In this document: positions 47,184 to 57,093 of the stretch, one piece after another
How positions within the stretch are numbered: the stretch's first letter is position 1
Layout: each line of letters starts with the position of its first letter
Assembly (NCBI GenBank): GCA_021797815.1
Contig: JAJZYZ010000006.1
Coordinates: 9,695-73,694 of the forward strand
Length of the DNA stretch: 64,000 bases
Reading direction: 5' to 3'
Source: Bacillota bacterium
GTDB taxonomy: Bacteria > Bacillota > Sulfobacillia > Sulfobacillales > JAIMBI01
Program-made: the position numbers and the translations under genes
The notes under the pieces: generated by a model
Database searches by the model: none
Told to the model about the DNA's origin: nothing
Seen by the model: only the letters and a program-made list of their open reading frames with translations

Positions 47184-48169
47184 CGTTCATCCTCCCCATA
47201 AAGCTCGGACGCGAGCGCCAGCGTTTCGGCCTGCACTCCCGGGAGCCGGCCCGAAACCAGGGCGGCCGCCGCGTGGGTGTGACCGCCGCCCCCAAGGCGC
47301 TCGGCAATGCGCCGCGCCTCGACCGGCGGCCGGCTCCGCAGACTCACCTTGACGAGTCCTTCCGGCTCCTCGCGCAGGAAGACCGCCAGGTGAACCCCTC
47401 TCAGCGCCCGCACCAGCGCTATCAGGCCGTCGGTCTGGTACGGCTCCACCCCGAAACGGGTGAGCACCCGCCGTGGCAGGGCGAGCCAGGCCAGGTGGCC
47501 GGACGGTGCCTGCTGCAGATGCTGCAAGGCCCAGGCCCGAAGCCGCATCACCGCCAGCGGCTCCTCTTCAAAGAGGCGCCGGTGGACGTCTTCCACATCG
47601 AGGCCCGTGTCGGCCAGCCGCGCCGCCATCCGAAACACCCGGCCCTCCCTCACGCCGACCCGGAATCCCTCCGTGTCGGTCGCGAGAGACACGTAAAGCG
47701 GCAGGGCCACATCTTCCGCCAGAAGAAGCTCCCACTCGTCGACAAGGCGCAGCACCAGTTCCCCCACCGCCACGGCCCTCGGCTCGACCCAGTTGAGGTC
47801 CCCAAAACGGCTGTTGCTGGCGTGGTGATCAAGATTGATGAGAAGGGCCCCCGCCGAGCGCAGGACGTCAAGCCCGCCGGCGCGAGACGCCTCTCCGCAG
47901 TCCACGGTCACGACGACATCAGCCCGCGGCGTCGAGGGCCGGGCGGCCCAGGTCTGGGCCTCTTCGGCCCTTGGTAGAAATCGCAGGGGGGCGATGATCG
48001 GATCCGGTCCCACCACCTCGACCTCGACGCCGAGCCGTCGCAAAGCGGCGGCGAGGGCCAGTGCCGAGCCGGTGGTGTCGCCATCGGGCGCCTGGTGCAT
48101 AGCGACCACGACCCGCCGGGCCTGACGGAGGGCAGCCGCCACCTGTCCGGCCTCAGTGGTCGCCGGCAT
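47159..48169 (-). CDS. nrnA: DHH/DHHA1 phosphoesterase (NrnA-like oligoribonuclease / pAp phosphatase)
   Basis: HQAPDGDTTGSALAL, DCGE, NLDHHASN (DHH) and GGGGHTHAAA (DHHA1 GGGH). Confidence 0.82.
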   Translation of the reverse strand: MPATTEAGQVAAALRQARRVVVAMHQAPDGDTTGSALALAAALRRLGVEVEVVGPDPIIAPLRFLPRAEEAQTWAARPSTPRADVVVTVDCGEASRAGGLDVLRSAGALLINLDHHASNSRFGDLNWVEPRAVAVGELVLRLVDEWELLLAEDVALPLYVSLATDTEGFRVGVREGRVFRMAARLADTGLDVEDVHRRLFEEEPLAVMRLRAWALQHLQQAPSGHLAWLALPRRVLTRFGVEPYQTDGLIALVRALRGVHLAVFLREEPEGLVKVSLRSRPPVEARRIAERLGGGGHTHAAAALVSGRLPGVQAETLALASELYGEDERWTDSSTF

Positions 48170-48518
48170 GCTCGGCGCCCGCCGCTCCGGTTTCCTTTAA
48201 GAGGCGCTGCACCGTCAGACTGGCCTCCAGGGAATGGTCCAGGCGAAAGTCCAAAGCCGGTGCCTGTCGGAGCCGCAGCCGCCGTGTCACCTCACCGCGC
48301 AAGTAGGCTCTGGCGCTCTTCAGCCCCGACAGGGTTTCCTCCGCCTTCTCCGCATCAAGCACACTCACATACACCCGCGCGACGGCCAGGTCCCGGGCCA
48401 GATCGACGCGGGTGATGCTCACGAACCCGATTCGCGGATCCTTGACCTCCCGTTGGAGAAGGCCCGCCAACTCAGCCTGCATGGCTTCGGCCACACGTTC
48501 TGCCCTCTGCTGCTTCAT
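48153..48518 (-). CDS. rbfA: ribosome-binding factor A
   Basis: RAERVAEAMQAELAGLLQREVKDPRIGFVSITRVDLARDLAVARVYVSVL. Confidence 0.9.
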   Translation of the reverse strand: MKQQRAERVAEAMQAELAGLLQREVKDPRIGFVSITRVDLARDLAVARVYVSVLDAEKAEETLSGLKSARAYLRGEVTRRLRLRQAPALDFRLDHSLEASLTVQRLLKETGAAGAEHAGDH

Positions 48519-48534
48519 GTGCCCCTGCCTCCGC

Positions 48535-51066
48535 CTAGCTGGCCTTCACTTCCTCCTGCGTGTACACCTCAAGCTGGTCCCCGACCTTCATGTCATTGAA
48601 CCGCTCGAGTCCGATACCGCACTCGAAGCCTGCCTGCACCTCGCGTACATCGTCTTTGAAGCGCCGCAGGGACGCGATCGGTCCTTCGTGGATGACGGCC
48701 CCATCGCGGATGACGCGGACCTGAGCGCTCCGCACCACCTTGCCGTCCGACACGTAGGAGCCGGCCACCGCGCCCACGCGCGGCACCCGGAACACCTCGC
48801 GCACCTCCACCCGCCCGAGGATAACCTCCTCGAACTTGGGAGCCAGCATGCCGGTGAGAGCCTGCCGCACATCATCCAACAGATCGTAGATGACCCGGTA
48901 GGTCCGCACGTCGACATGCTCGCGTTCGGCCAGCTGCCGCGCCTTCGACTCCGTGCTGACGCCGAACCCGAGGATGATGGCGCCGGAGGCGGACGCCAGC
49001 ATGACGTCGGACTCGGTCACCGCACCGACCCCCGAATGGAGGATGCGCACCCGCGCCTCTTCGTGTCCCATCTTGGACAGCGATTCTCCCAATGCCTCCG
49101 CCGAGCCCTGCACATCGGCCTTGATGACCAGGTTCAGGTCCTTGACGGCCTCGTCCTTCAGACGCTGATAGAATTCGTCCAGACTTACGCCGCGCAGGCC
49201 GCTTGGCACCTCGGCCGCCCGACGCCGGTCACGGCGCGCATCGGCGATGGCGCGCGCCTGCTTGTCGTCCGCCAGGACGATGAAGTCGTCGCCCGCCTGC
49301 GGCACCTCGCTGAAGCCCAGGACCTCCACCGGCATCGACGGCGGCGCCTGGCGCACCCGCTGCCCGCGATCGTTGATGAGCGCCCGCACCTTGCCCCACA
49401 CCGGACCTGAGACAAAGGCGTCTCCCACCGAGAGCGTTCCCCGCTGCACCAGCACGGTGGCCACGGCACCACGCCCGCGGTCAAGCTGCGCCTCGATGAC
49501 CGTGCCCTGTCCGGGCCGGTCCGGGTTGGCCTCGATTTCCAGAATGTCGGCCTGCAGCAGGATGCTGTCCAGAAGCTTGTCGATGCCCTCGCCGGTGCGT
49601 GCGGACACGGGCACCATCATGGTGTCGCCGCCCCACTCCTCCGAGACCAGACCGTACTCGGTCAGACTCTGCCGGACCCGGTCCGGGTTGGCGTCTTCCA
49701 GGTCCATCTTGTTGATGGCCACGACCACCGGAACGCCGGCCGCCTGGGCGTGATTGATGGCCTCCACCGTCTGGGGCATGACCCCGTCATTGGCAGCCAC
49801 CACCAGCACCGCCACATCCGTGACCTGCGCGCCGCGTGCGCGCATGGCCGTGAAGGCCTCGTGGCCCGGGGTGTCGAGGAACACCACCTGGCGTCCCTGC
49901 CACTCCACCACCGAGGCTCCGATATGCTGGGTGATCCCCCCCGCCTCGTGCGCCGTCACCCGGCTTGAGCGAATGCGGTCCAGAAGCGAGGTCTTCCCGT
50001 GGTCCACGTGCCCCATGACGGTCACGACCGGCGGCCGCGCCCTCAGGTTCTCGGCGCGGTCTTCTTCGCCCTGGATGAGCTCGGCCTCCTGCTCTTCCTG
50101 CGAGGCGCGCTCCTCGACTTTCGCTCCGAACTCGGTCGCGACGATGACGGCCGTCTCACGGTCAAGCTCATGATTTACGGTCGCCATCACGCCAAGTTCC
50201 ATCAGGCGCTTGATGAGGTCGCCTGCCTTGACGCCGAGCTGGTCGGCGAGATCCTTCACCAGAATGGTTCCGGACAGGACGATGCGGCGATTGACCGGCT
50301 GGGCCGGCTCGCTTGAGGCCGTCTTGGGCCGGAAGTGCCGGCTTCGGCTTCGAAACTCGTCGCTTTCGTTCCACCGGCGTCCCCGACCGCTCCCCTGACG
50401 CGGGCCGCGGCGATCTTTCCCTCCACCCGGTCCCCGACGGCCGCTGTCCTTGCCGCGGGCCGGAGCCGGCGGGGGCGGGCCGACCGGAGTCCGGCCGGGC
50501 CTGGGTGGTCCCCCGGTCCTCGCGGGGCCCGCGGGCGGACGTGTTCCGCCGACCGGTGCCGCCGGCGGACGGCTGCCGGCCGGGCGCGGAGCGCCGATCC
50601 CCGAGCGGGGACCGGTGACGGGCATCGGTGGCCGGGGCGGCGCGCCCGGACCTTCGCCCGGTCGTGGCGTCTGGTCGCGGCGCACCATGGGTTCTCTCCG
50701 AACCGGCGGAGGCACGACGCCTACGGGACGACGGTTCGGCGGCGGTTCGGGCATGGCCCGGCCCGGTGTCGGGCGGGTGGGCCCCGGAAATCCGGCCGGA
50801 CGCGGCTGAACCCGTGGCGCCGGCGGAGCCTTGGGCCGCGGCGGTGCCGGTTTGGGAGCGGCGGCCGCGGCCGGGCTCTCCTCGGTCGTGGGCAGTTTGC
50901 CCTGCATGATGTCGCGCACGACCGAAATGGCCTCGGGCTCCACCGTGCTCATGTGGTTCTTGATGTTCTCCACGTGCAGACGGTGCAGGAGATCGATCAG
51001 CCGGCGACTGTCGATCTGGAGTTCCTTGGCCAGTTCGTAAACCCTGACCTTGTCTGTTTCTGCCAA
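48535..51066 (-). CDS. infB: translation initiation factor IF-2
   Basis: N-terminal [22 protein letters not shown], a long Pro/Arg/Gly-rich linker, and the G domain [29 protein letters not shown]. Start at TTG 51066 behind GGGGAGGA-N6. The track starts at 51117. Confidence 0.95.
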   Translation of the reverse strand: MAETDKVRVYELAKELQIDSRRLIDLLHRLHVENIKNHMSTVEPEAISVVRDIMQGKLPTTEESPAAAAAPKPAPPRPKAPPAPRVQPRPAGFPGPTRPTPGRAMPEPPPNRRPVGVVPPPVRREPMVRRDQTPRPGEGPGAPPRPPMPVTGPRSGIGAPRPAGSRPPAAPVGGTRPPAGPARTGGPPRPGRTPVGPPPPAPARGKDSGRRGPGGGKDRRGPRQGSGRGRRWNESDEFRSRSRHFRPKTASSEPAQPVNRRIVLSGTILVKDLADQLGVKAGDLIKRLMELGVMATVNHELDRETAVIVATEFGAKVEERASQEEQEAELIQGEEDRAENLRARPPVVTVMGHVDHGKTSLLDRIRSSRVTAHEAGGITQHIGASVVEWQGRQVVFLDTPGHEAFTAMRARGAQVTDVAVLVVAANDGVMPQTVEAINHAQAAGVPVVVAINKMDLEDANPDRVRQSLTEYGLVSEEWGGDTMMVPVSARTGEGIDKLLDSILLQADILEIEANPDRPGQGTVIEAQLDRGRGAVATVLVQRGTLSVGDAFVSGPVWGKVRALINDRGQRVRQAPPSMPVEVLGFSEVPQAGDDFIVLADDKQARAIADARRDRRRAAEVPSGLRGVSLDEFYQRLKDEAVKDLNLVIKADVQGSAEALGESLSKMGHEEARVRILHSGVGAVTESDVMLASASGAIILGFGVSTESKARQLAEREHVDVRTYRVIYDLLDDVRQALTGMLAPKFEEVILGRVEVREVFRVPRVGAVAGSYVSDGKVVRSAQVRVIRDGAVIHEGPIASLRRFKDDVREVQAGFECGIGLERFNDMKVGDQLEVYTQEEVKAS

Positions 51067-51403
51067 CGCTTTTCCTCCCCGTTCCCTGTCCCACAGCCGC
51101 CAAAACTGCCCGCGCAAACTTTATGCTGGAGAGAGCCACGACCCCTGTCGGGGGGAGTCCCGCGGCGCGGCCAATGCTGACCTTGTCACCGCGCACCAGG
51201 ACCGGTATCCCTAGTGACTCCGCCCAGGGCCGAAACTTTCGTACGAGGGCCCCGCCAGCGTCTTCGGCCACCACGACCAGGAAGACCCGCCCGGTGCCGA
51301 GCGCCTTCTCAACCTGGTGCAGTCCCGGAGCGAGCTTGCCTGCGCGCCGCGCCAGCCCCAGCCACGAGAGAAAGCGCCCGTCATCCTCCACGCGCAGGCC
51401 CAT
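50168..51403 (-). CDS. ylxQ: YlxQ / L7Ae-family RNA-binding protein homolog; reading frame has no stop before infB and stays open to 50168
   Basis: The first ~105 codons, [47 protein letters not shown]...[18 protein letters not shown], align with the ~100-aa YlxQ family. The remaining ~300 codons are Arg/Gly/Ser/Pro-rich and overlap infB in a different frame. Confidence 0.6.
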   Translation of the reverse strand: MGLRVEDDGRFLSWLGLARRAGKLAPGLHQVEKALGTGRVFLVVVAEDAGGALVRKFRPWAESLGIPVLVRGDKVSIGRAAGLPPTGVVALSSIKFARAVLAAVGQGTGRKSVGRNRQGQGLRTGQGTPDRQSPADRSPAPSARGEHQEPHEHGGARGHFGRARHHAGQTAHDRGEPGRGRRSQTGTAAAQGSAGATGSAASGRISGAHPPDTGPGHARTAAEPSSRRRRASAGSERTHGAPRPDATTGRRSGRAAPATDARHRSPLGDRRSAPGRQPSAGGTGRRNTSARGPREDRGTTQARPDSGRPAPAGSGPRQGQRPSGTGWRERSPRPASGERSGTPVERKRRVSKPKPALPAQDGLKRAGPAGQSPHRPVRNHSGEGSRRPARRQGRRPHQAPDGTWRDGDRKS

Positions 51404-51659
51404 CCCCTATGAACACCGTCAGGGCCTCGGCCAGCTCTGCGCTCACCGGCACCTGCAGCACGTGCTGCAGGCGTCCCTTCACGCCTCGCTCCGCGCACGC
51501 CGCCTGCCGGCATACGTAGGCACCCCGGCCTGACCGCTTGCCGGTCGGGTCCAGCCCCAGGGTCCCGTCGGGAGCCCGCACCACCCGCACCAGATCCCGT
51601 TTGTCGCGCGTGGCCCCACACGCCACGCACGTCCTTTGCGGCAACTTTCGTGTCGGCAT
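51381..51659 (-). CDS. ylxR: YlxR/RnpM (DUF448) RNA-binding protein
   Basis: LPQRTCVACGATRDKRDLVRVVRAPDGTLGLDPTGKRSGRGAYVC. Start at ATG 51659, one nt after the nusA stop. Confidence 0.9.
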   Translation of the reverse strand: MPTRKLPQRTCVACGATRDKRDLVRVVRAPDGTLGLDPTGKRSGRGAYVCRQAACAERGVKGRLQHVLQVPVSAELAEALTVFIGDGPARGG

Positions 51660-51660
51660 G

Positions 51661-52770
51661 TTACCAGTCCCCCATGGCCGCCTGCGACTCCGACCGGATG
51701 TCCACACGCCAGCCGGTCAGCTTGGCCGCCAGGCGTGCGTTCTGGCCGTCCTTGCCAATCGCGAGCGACAGCTGATAATCCGGAACCACCACCCGCGCCA
51801 CCCGCGTCTCGGAGTCCACGGTGACGGAGACGACTTTCGCCGGCGAGAGGGCATTGGCCACAAACACGGCCGGATCGGGGTCCCAGCGCACGATGTCCAG
51901 TTTTTCGCCCCGGATTTCCGTCACGATATTCTGGACCCGAAGGCCCTTCGGCCCCACGCAGGCCCCGACGGGGTCCACGTTTGGATCCTCGGACCATACG
52001 GCCACCTTGGACCGGAAGCCGGCTTCCCGGGAGATGCCCTTCAGGTCCACCAGACCATCGTGAATCTCCGGCACCTCAAGCTCGAACAGCCGCTTTAAGA
52101 GGCCGGGATGGCTGCGGGACACGTAAATCTCGGGACCCTTGGTGGTTTTCTTGACCTCGGTCACGTACGCCTTGACCCGGTCTCCCGAACGCAGATCCTC
52201 GTTCGGGACCTGGTCAGAAGGCCGCAGGACGGCGTCGGTCTTGCCAAGGTTCACCAAGATGCGCTGGTGGCGGTCGGCCTGACCGGGCCGCAGCAGGTCG
52301 TGGAGGTCGTGCGCGGGTGCGTCGTGCAGCGGCTCCACGCGCTGGATCACCCCGGTGACGATATCGCCCTCCCGGCTCGAAAACTCCTGGTAGATGAGGC
52401 CGCGCTCCGCCTCCCGGATGCGCTGCATGACGACCTGTTTGGCCGTCTGCGCCGCAATCCGGCTGAACGCCTGCGGCGTGACGTTGTACTCCAGCACATC
52501 CCCCAGATCGAGCGCCGGATTCTGTCGGCGCGCCTCGGCCACGCTAACCTCGATGCGATCGTCGGTCACCTCGTCCACCACGAGCTTCTGCGCGAAGACG
52601 TGCGGCTCGCCGGTGCTGCGGTCGAGATGCACGCGGACGTTCTGATTGGCTCCGTAGTGACGGCGGTAGGCAGACACCAGGGCAGCCTCGATGGCCTCGA
52701 TGAGGATGTCCTTGTCGATGCCCCGGTCACGCTGCAGTTCCTCTAATGCCGCTAAGAATTCGGCGTTCAT
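51661..52770 (-). CDS. nusA: transcription termination/antitermination factor NusA
   Basis: MNAEFLAALEELQRDRGIDKDILIEAIEAAL, S1 domain GDIVTGVIQRVE, and KH domains GACVGPKGLRVQNI and SLAIGKDGQNARLAAKLTGW. Start at ATG 52770. Confidence 0.95.
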   Translation of the reverse strand: MNAEFLAALEELQRDRGIDKDILIEAIEAALVSAYRRHYGANQNVRVHLDRSTGEPHVFAQKLVVDEVTDDRIEVSVAEARRQNPALDLGDVLEYNVTPQAFSRIAAQTAKQVVMQRIREAERGLIYQEFSSREGDIVTGVIQRVEPLHDAPAHDLHDLLRPGQADRHQRILVNLGKTDAVLRPSDQVPNEDLRSGDRVKAYVTEVKKTTKGPEIYVSRSHPGLLKRLFELEVPEIHDGLVDLKGISREAGFRSKVAVWSEDPNVDPVGACVGPKGLRVQNIVTEIRGEKLDIVRWDPDPAVFVANALSPAKVVSVTVDSETRVARVVVPDYQLSLAIGKDGQNARLAAKLTGWRVDIRSESQAAMGDW

Positions 52771-52909
52771 CGGATGCTCGCCTCCCATGCGCCGTTCGCA
52801 AAACTCAATAGACCCCCGGCAAGGCAAAAGAGTGGGCACCTTGACCCACTCCGATCCCGCACATCATACAGCCAAACCCCAAAGGGTTGGGTCGGATTCT
52901 GTCGGTGCG

Positions 52910-52938
52910 ATCATATCACAGGTACTGGTCCTGCTCAA
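52910..52938 (-). promoter_or_regulatory. putative promoter of the nusA-infB operon: TTGAGC-N17-TATGAT with TG extension
   Basis: Minus strand reads CCTTGAGCAGGACCAGTACCTGTGATATGATCGC, ~135 nt upstream of nusA ATG 52770 and directly after the polC stop region. Confidence 0.5.
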
Positions 52939-52981
52939 GGCCGGCGGCCGTGGCCGCGCGCCAACCGCACGGCCCGGCCGG

Positions 52982-55900
52982 CTAGAACAGGCCCAGCTGC
53001 CGCGTCTCCCCCAGGCCGTCCAGCGCGCCGGCCTGCCGGAGCAGGTCCAGCACGGTCCGGGAGAGCCGGCAGCGCTGGCGAAGGTCGTCCACTGACAGGA
53101 ACGGACCCTCTTCACGGGCCAGCACGATATTCTCCGCCGCCTGCCGTCCCACACCCGGCAGGGCGGCAAAGGGAACCAGTAAATCGCGCTCCCCCGTCGG
53201 CATGAAGCGGGCCGCATCGGACAGCATGAGCGACACGGGTTTGAAGCCAAAGCCCCGCAGCGCCATTTCCCGCAGCACTTCGAAGTACCCGAGCTGGCCC
53301 CGCTCCTTGGGCGTGGCCTCCAGACCCAACGCCTCAATGCGCCGGCTCTCCGCCCGCAGGGACTCGAGGCCGCCGAGCGCCGCATCCGGCACGAAATCGT
53401 CCCCGTGAACCGTGCAGTACACGGCGTAGAACGCGAGCGGCCGGTGAACTTTGAACCAGGCGATGCGCCAGCCCATCATCACGTACGCGGCAGCGTGGGC
53501 TTTGGGAAACAGATACGTGATGCGCCGGCACGAATCGATGTACCAGCCGGGGACCCCATGATCCCGCATGAGCGCCTCCTGCTCAGGCTCGAGCCCGCGC
53601 CCGCGCCGCACGCGCTCGCTGATGGCGAACGCGGCCTGGGGCTCGAGTCCCATGCGGATGAGTGAGGTCATGATGTCGTCGCGCGTGGCGATGACCTCAC
53701 TCAGACTGGCGACCTTCTTGCGGACAAGCTCTTCGGCGTTGCTGGCCCACACATTGGTGCCGTGTGACAGACCGGAAATGCGCACCAGTTCGGCAAAGCT
53801 GGTGGGCCGCGTGTCGGCCAGCATGCGCCGGACAAAGGGGGTGCCGAACTCCGGCAGTCCGAGGCTCCCCACCGGCGCGTCCAGCTCCCCTTCGGTGAGG
53901 CCCAGCGTCCTGAGGCCCGAGAACAGCCCGATGGTCTCGGCGTCATGGAATGGAACGGTGCGGGGATCGATGCCGGTCAGGTCAAACAGCATGCGCAGGG
54001 TGGTCGGATCTTCATGGCCCAGCAAGTCAAGCTTGAGAAGCCGGCCTTCGATGGCGTGATAGTCAAAATGGGTCGTGACCACCTCGGCGTCAAGGGCGTC
54101 CGCGGGCCGCTGCACCGGCGTGAAGCGATGGATGTCTTCACCGGCCGGCACCACCATGAGGCCGCCCGGGTGCTGCCCGGTGGTCCGCTTCACACCCAAA
54201 AGGCCTTCCGACAGGCGGTCCACCTCGACCGGCGCCAGGGTGCGGCCCGTCTCCCGCGCCCATGCCTTCACGAGACCGAACGCCGTCCGGTCCGCGATGG
54301 TGGCAATCGTACCCGCCCGGTACACCTGTCCGGACCCGAACAGCTCCTCGGTGTAGCGGTGGATGGTGGACTGATACTCGCCGGAGAAATTGAGGTCGAT
54401 GTCGGGAACCTTGTCACCCTCAAAGCCCAAGAACGTCTCGAAGGGAATGTCCTGGCCGTCCCCGATGAGGACGGCCTGGCATGACGGACACGCCTTCGGA
54501 GGAAGGTCAAATCCGGAGCCGACCTCGCCCCCGGTGAAAAACTCGGCGTGATGGCAGGCCGGGCACCGATAATGCGGCGGAAGCGGGTTCACCTCTGTGA
54601 TGTCCAGATACGTGGCTACCAGCGAGGATCCCACCGAGCCGCGGCTTCCCACCAGGTAGCCGTCTTGCAGCGATTTCTCCACCAGTCGGTGGGCCGTATA
54701 GTAGACCGACGCAAAGCCATGACGCACGATGGCGTCAACTTCGTGGCGCAGCCGCGACTCGACCAGCGGTGGGAGCGGGGTGCCGAAAAGCTTACGGGCC
54801 ACTTCGAACGGTCGTTCGGACACCACCTGTTCCGCGTCCTCCAGCTGAGGGGCGTGAAGGCCGTCCGGGACCGGCTTGATGTCCTCATCGATGGCGGCGA
54901 GCAGCGCCAGCGAGTTTGCCACGACCAGCTCTTCGGCCCGGTCGGACCCGAAAAACGCCAGCTCTTGCACAAGTTCGCCGGTCGTGCGGTAAAAGAGCTC
55001 GCCGCGGCCGGCGTGGACATCGCCTTTGGCCGTGGCCTGCAGCACATCCCGGAACACTTTGTCCTGCGGCCGCCGGTAATGAGTGTCTGAGGACGCCACC
55101 ACCGGAACCCCGGCCTCCCGGGCACGGGCGTCCAGATCGAGAAGCAGGCGCTCCACCGCGTCTCGTGACGACAGATACCCATCCTGCTCCCAGTCGGCCA
55201 GAGCGGCCGGCGGCACCACTTCGACGAAATCGTAGCGGCCGAGGGCCTCCCGCCACTCCTCGGCGCCGGCGTTCCGGAACCACAGCTCGCTCAGTTCGCC
55301 GCCGATGGCCGGCGCCCCCACCAAGAACGCGTCTCGGCTCGCCGTGATGGTGCTCCAGCGGATACGCGGCACGCGCCAGAAGGTTTCCAGGTGACTGGCC
55401 GAGACCATCTCATAAAGAAGACGCACCGAATCTTGGCGGCGGGGATACACCAGCACCGGCACCGGCCGCTGGACGCGCACGCCGACCGCGAGCGGCGCCT
55501 GCCACCAGTCCTCGCGCTCCTGCAGGGCGCGGCCGGCCGGAGTTCCCCACAGGGCGAGCCACAGCCGTCCGGCAGCTTCGGCATCATTGAGCGCCCGGTG
55601 GTGTTCGACGAGCGGAATGTGAAAGTAGGCGCACAGGGGTTCGAGCCCATAGCCCTTCACATCCTGCACCAGGGCCCGTCCAAGCTGCAGGGTGTCGCCG
55701 TACGCCCACCCGTCGCCAATCACCGGGACGAGGAACCCGCGGTCAAAGACCGCGTTGTGAGCCACCAGGATGGCGCCGGCGGCAAATCGCTGAAAGGCTG
55801 CCCACACATCCGTCGGCTCTTCGGCCGCGGCCAGATCCGCCTCCCCGATCTGGGTGATGGCCCGGCTGTCCCGGGAGAGCGGCCGCTCCGCGCGCACCAT

Positions 55901-57091
55901 CCGGTGAAACTGACCGACTATCTCTCCGCGCTCGAGGCGCACCGCCCCAACCTCGACGATGCCGTGCGCCCGGGGACTTAACCCCGTGGTCTCCAGATCG
56001 ACCGCCACCACCGCGGCCTCCAGCGGCGGAACCCGGGGCGGCGGGCCGCTGAACGCCCGCACCGCATCCGGCACCACGTTGGCTTCCAGCCCGTAGATGG
56101 GGCGCACGCCATAGCGCGCTCCCAGCCTGGCCGCCTCCGGGTAGGATTGCAAGACGCCGTGATCGCTCACGGCCACGGCCGGATGGCCGAGGTCCCGCGC
56201 CAGCCGGAACAGCCCTTCCAGATCGTTGAGCCCGTCCATGGCGCTCATCTTGGAGTGCGCGTGCCACTCCACTCGCGGCTGCGCATCGGGCGCCAGCGCG
56301 TCATGAGCCTCATCCTCGCCAAGATCCTGCACGCGCAGCACCGTCTCACCGGCGACATCCTGCTCCAGCGTGCCCCGAACCCGGACAAAGAGCCCGCTCA
56401 CGACCCTCCCGTCGACCGGTTCGCGACCGCGCGGCAAAATTTTTATCCGCAGCGAGCCGGTCCCGTCGTCGAGGCCGGCCAGGAGGATTTCCCCGCCCCG
56501 CTGCGTCGCGCGGCGCGCGACCTGAAACAGGCGCCCCGCGGCAATGACGGCCCCTGCCTCGGGAAGCTCGGCGATGCGCACCGGACGACCGGAGGGCCGC
56601 CCTCTCCCCACCCGCACCGGCGGGTCACCCGGCTCCGGCATCACGACGGTCTCGTCCGGCGGCAGCGGCTCCTCCGGACGGACCTCCACCCTCACGGGAG
56701 GGAGCGCCGGATACGTCCGCCGGAGCCACGACGGCCCGCCCGCGGATGTGAAAAGCTCGTAGGACGCAGGCGAGGAGAAGCATACGCCGAGCTCCCCGTC
56801 CAGGAGGCGCACGTCCTCGGGCGCCGCCCACCGGCGAAGGGCCGCCTGCGCCATCTTCAGGAGGGGTTCGGCGGCGTCGGCGGGCACCTGGCCGAGCAGC
56901 AGACGGACCGGAAAGCCGAGCGCCTCGGTCATCGACTTTTCCCACCGCCGGCCCGTTTCTTCGGACACCGGCGCGTCCACGGCGATCTGGATGGCGGCGC
57001 CCTCTTTGTCCAGCGTTACCACGACACCCTCGCCATCGGCCAGGGATTGGATTTGGGGGTAATCGGAAAGAAACTGAGACCAGAAAGACAT
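52982..57091 (-). CDS. polC: DNA polymerase III alpha subunit, PolC type (with inserted 3'-5' exonuclease)
   Basis: 1369 aa. PHP domain HAHSKMSAMDG, exonuclease VVAVDLETTGLSP...HRALNDAEA, and a polymerase core with a Zn finger CPACHH...CPSCQ. Confidence 0.97.
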   Translation of the reverse strand: MSFWSQFLSDYPQIQSLADGEGVVVTLDKEGAAIQIAVDAPVSEETGRRWEKSMTEALGFPVRLLLGQVPADAAEPLLKMAQAALRRWAAPEDVRLLDGELGVCFSSPASYELFTSAGGPSWLRRTYPALPPVRVEVRPEEPLPPDETVVMPEPGDPPVRVGRGRPSGRPVRIAELPEAGAVIAAGRLFQVARRATQRGGEILLAGLDDGTGSLRIKILPRGREPVDGRVVSGLFVRVRGTLEQDVAGETVLRVQDLGEDEAHDALAPDAQPRVEWHAHSKMSAMDGLNDLEGLFRLARDLGHPAVAVSDHGVLQSYPEAARLGARYGVRPIYGLEANVVPDAVRAFSGPPPRVPPLEAAVVAVDLETTGLSPRAHGIVEVGAVRLERGEIVGQFHRMVRAERPLSRDSRAITQIGEADLAAAEEPTDVWAAFQRFAAGAILVAHNAVFDRGFLVPVIGDGWAYGDTLQLGRALVQDVKGYGLEPLCAYFHIPLVEHHRALNDAEAAGRLWLALWGTPAGRALQEREDWWQAPLAVGVRVQRPVPVLVYPRRQDSVRLLYEMVSASHLETFWRVPRIRWSTITASRDAFLVGAPAIGGELSELWFRNAGAEEWREALGRYDFVEVVPPAALADWEQDGYLSSRDAVERLLLDLDARAREAGVPVVASSDTHYRRPQDKVFRDVLQATAKGDVHAGRGELFYRTTGELVQELAFFGSDRAEELVVANSLALLAAIDEDIKPVPDGLHAPQLEDAEQVVSERPFEVARKLFGTPLPPLVESRLRHEVDAIVRHGFASVYYTAHRLVEKSLQDGYLVGSRGSVGSSLVATYLDITEVNPLPPHYRCPACHHAEFFTGGEVGSGFDLPPKACPSCQAVLIGDGQDIPFETFLGFEGDKVPDIDLNFSGEYQSTIHRYTEELFGSGQVYRAGTIATIADRTAFGLVKAWARETGRTLAPVEVDRLSEGLLGVKRTTGQHPGGLMVVPAGEDIHRFTPVQRPADALDAEVVTTHFDYHAIEGRLLKLDLLGHEDPTTLRMLFDLTGIDPRTVPFHDAETIGLFSGLRTLGLTEGELDAPVGSLGLPEFGTPFVRRMLADTRPTSFAELVRISGLSHGTNVWASNAEELVRKKVASLSEVIATRDDIMTSLIRMGLEPQAAFAISERVRRGRGLEPEQEALMRDHGVPGWYIDSCRRITYLFPKAHAAAYVMMGWRIAWFKVHRPLAFYAVYCTVHGDDFVPDAALGGLESLRAESRRIEALGLEATPKERGQLGYFEVLREMALRGFGFKPVSLMLSDAARFMPTGERDLLVPFAALPGVGRQAAENIVLAREEGPFLSVDDLRQRCRLSRTVLDLLRQAGALDGLGETRQLGLF

Positions 57092-57093
57092 GG

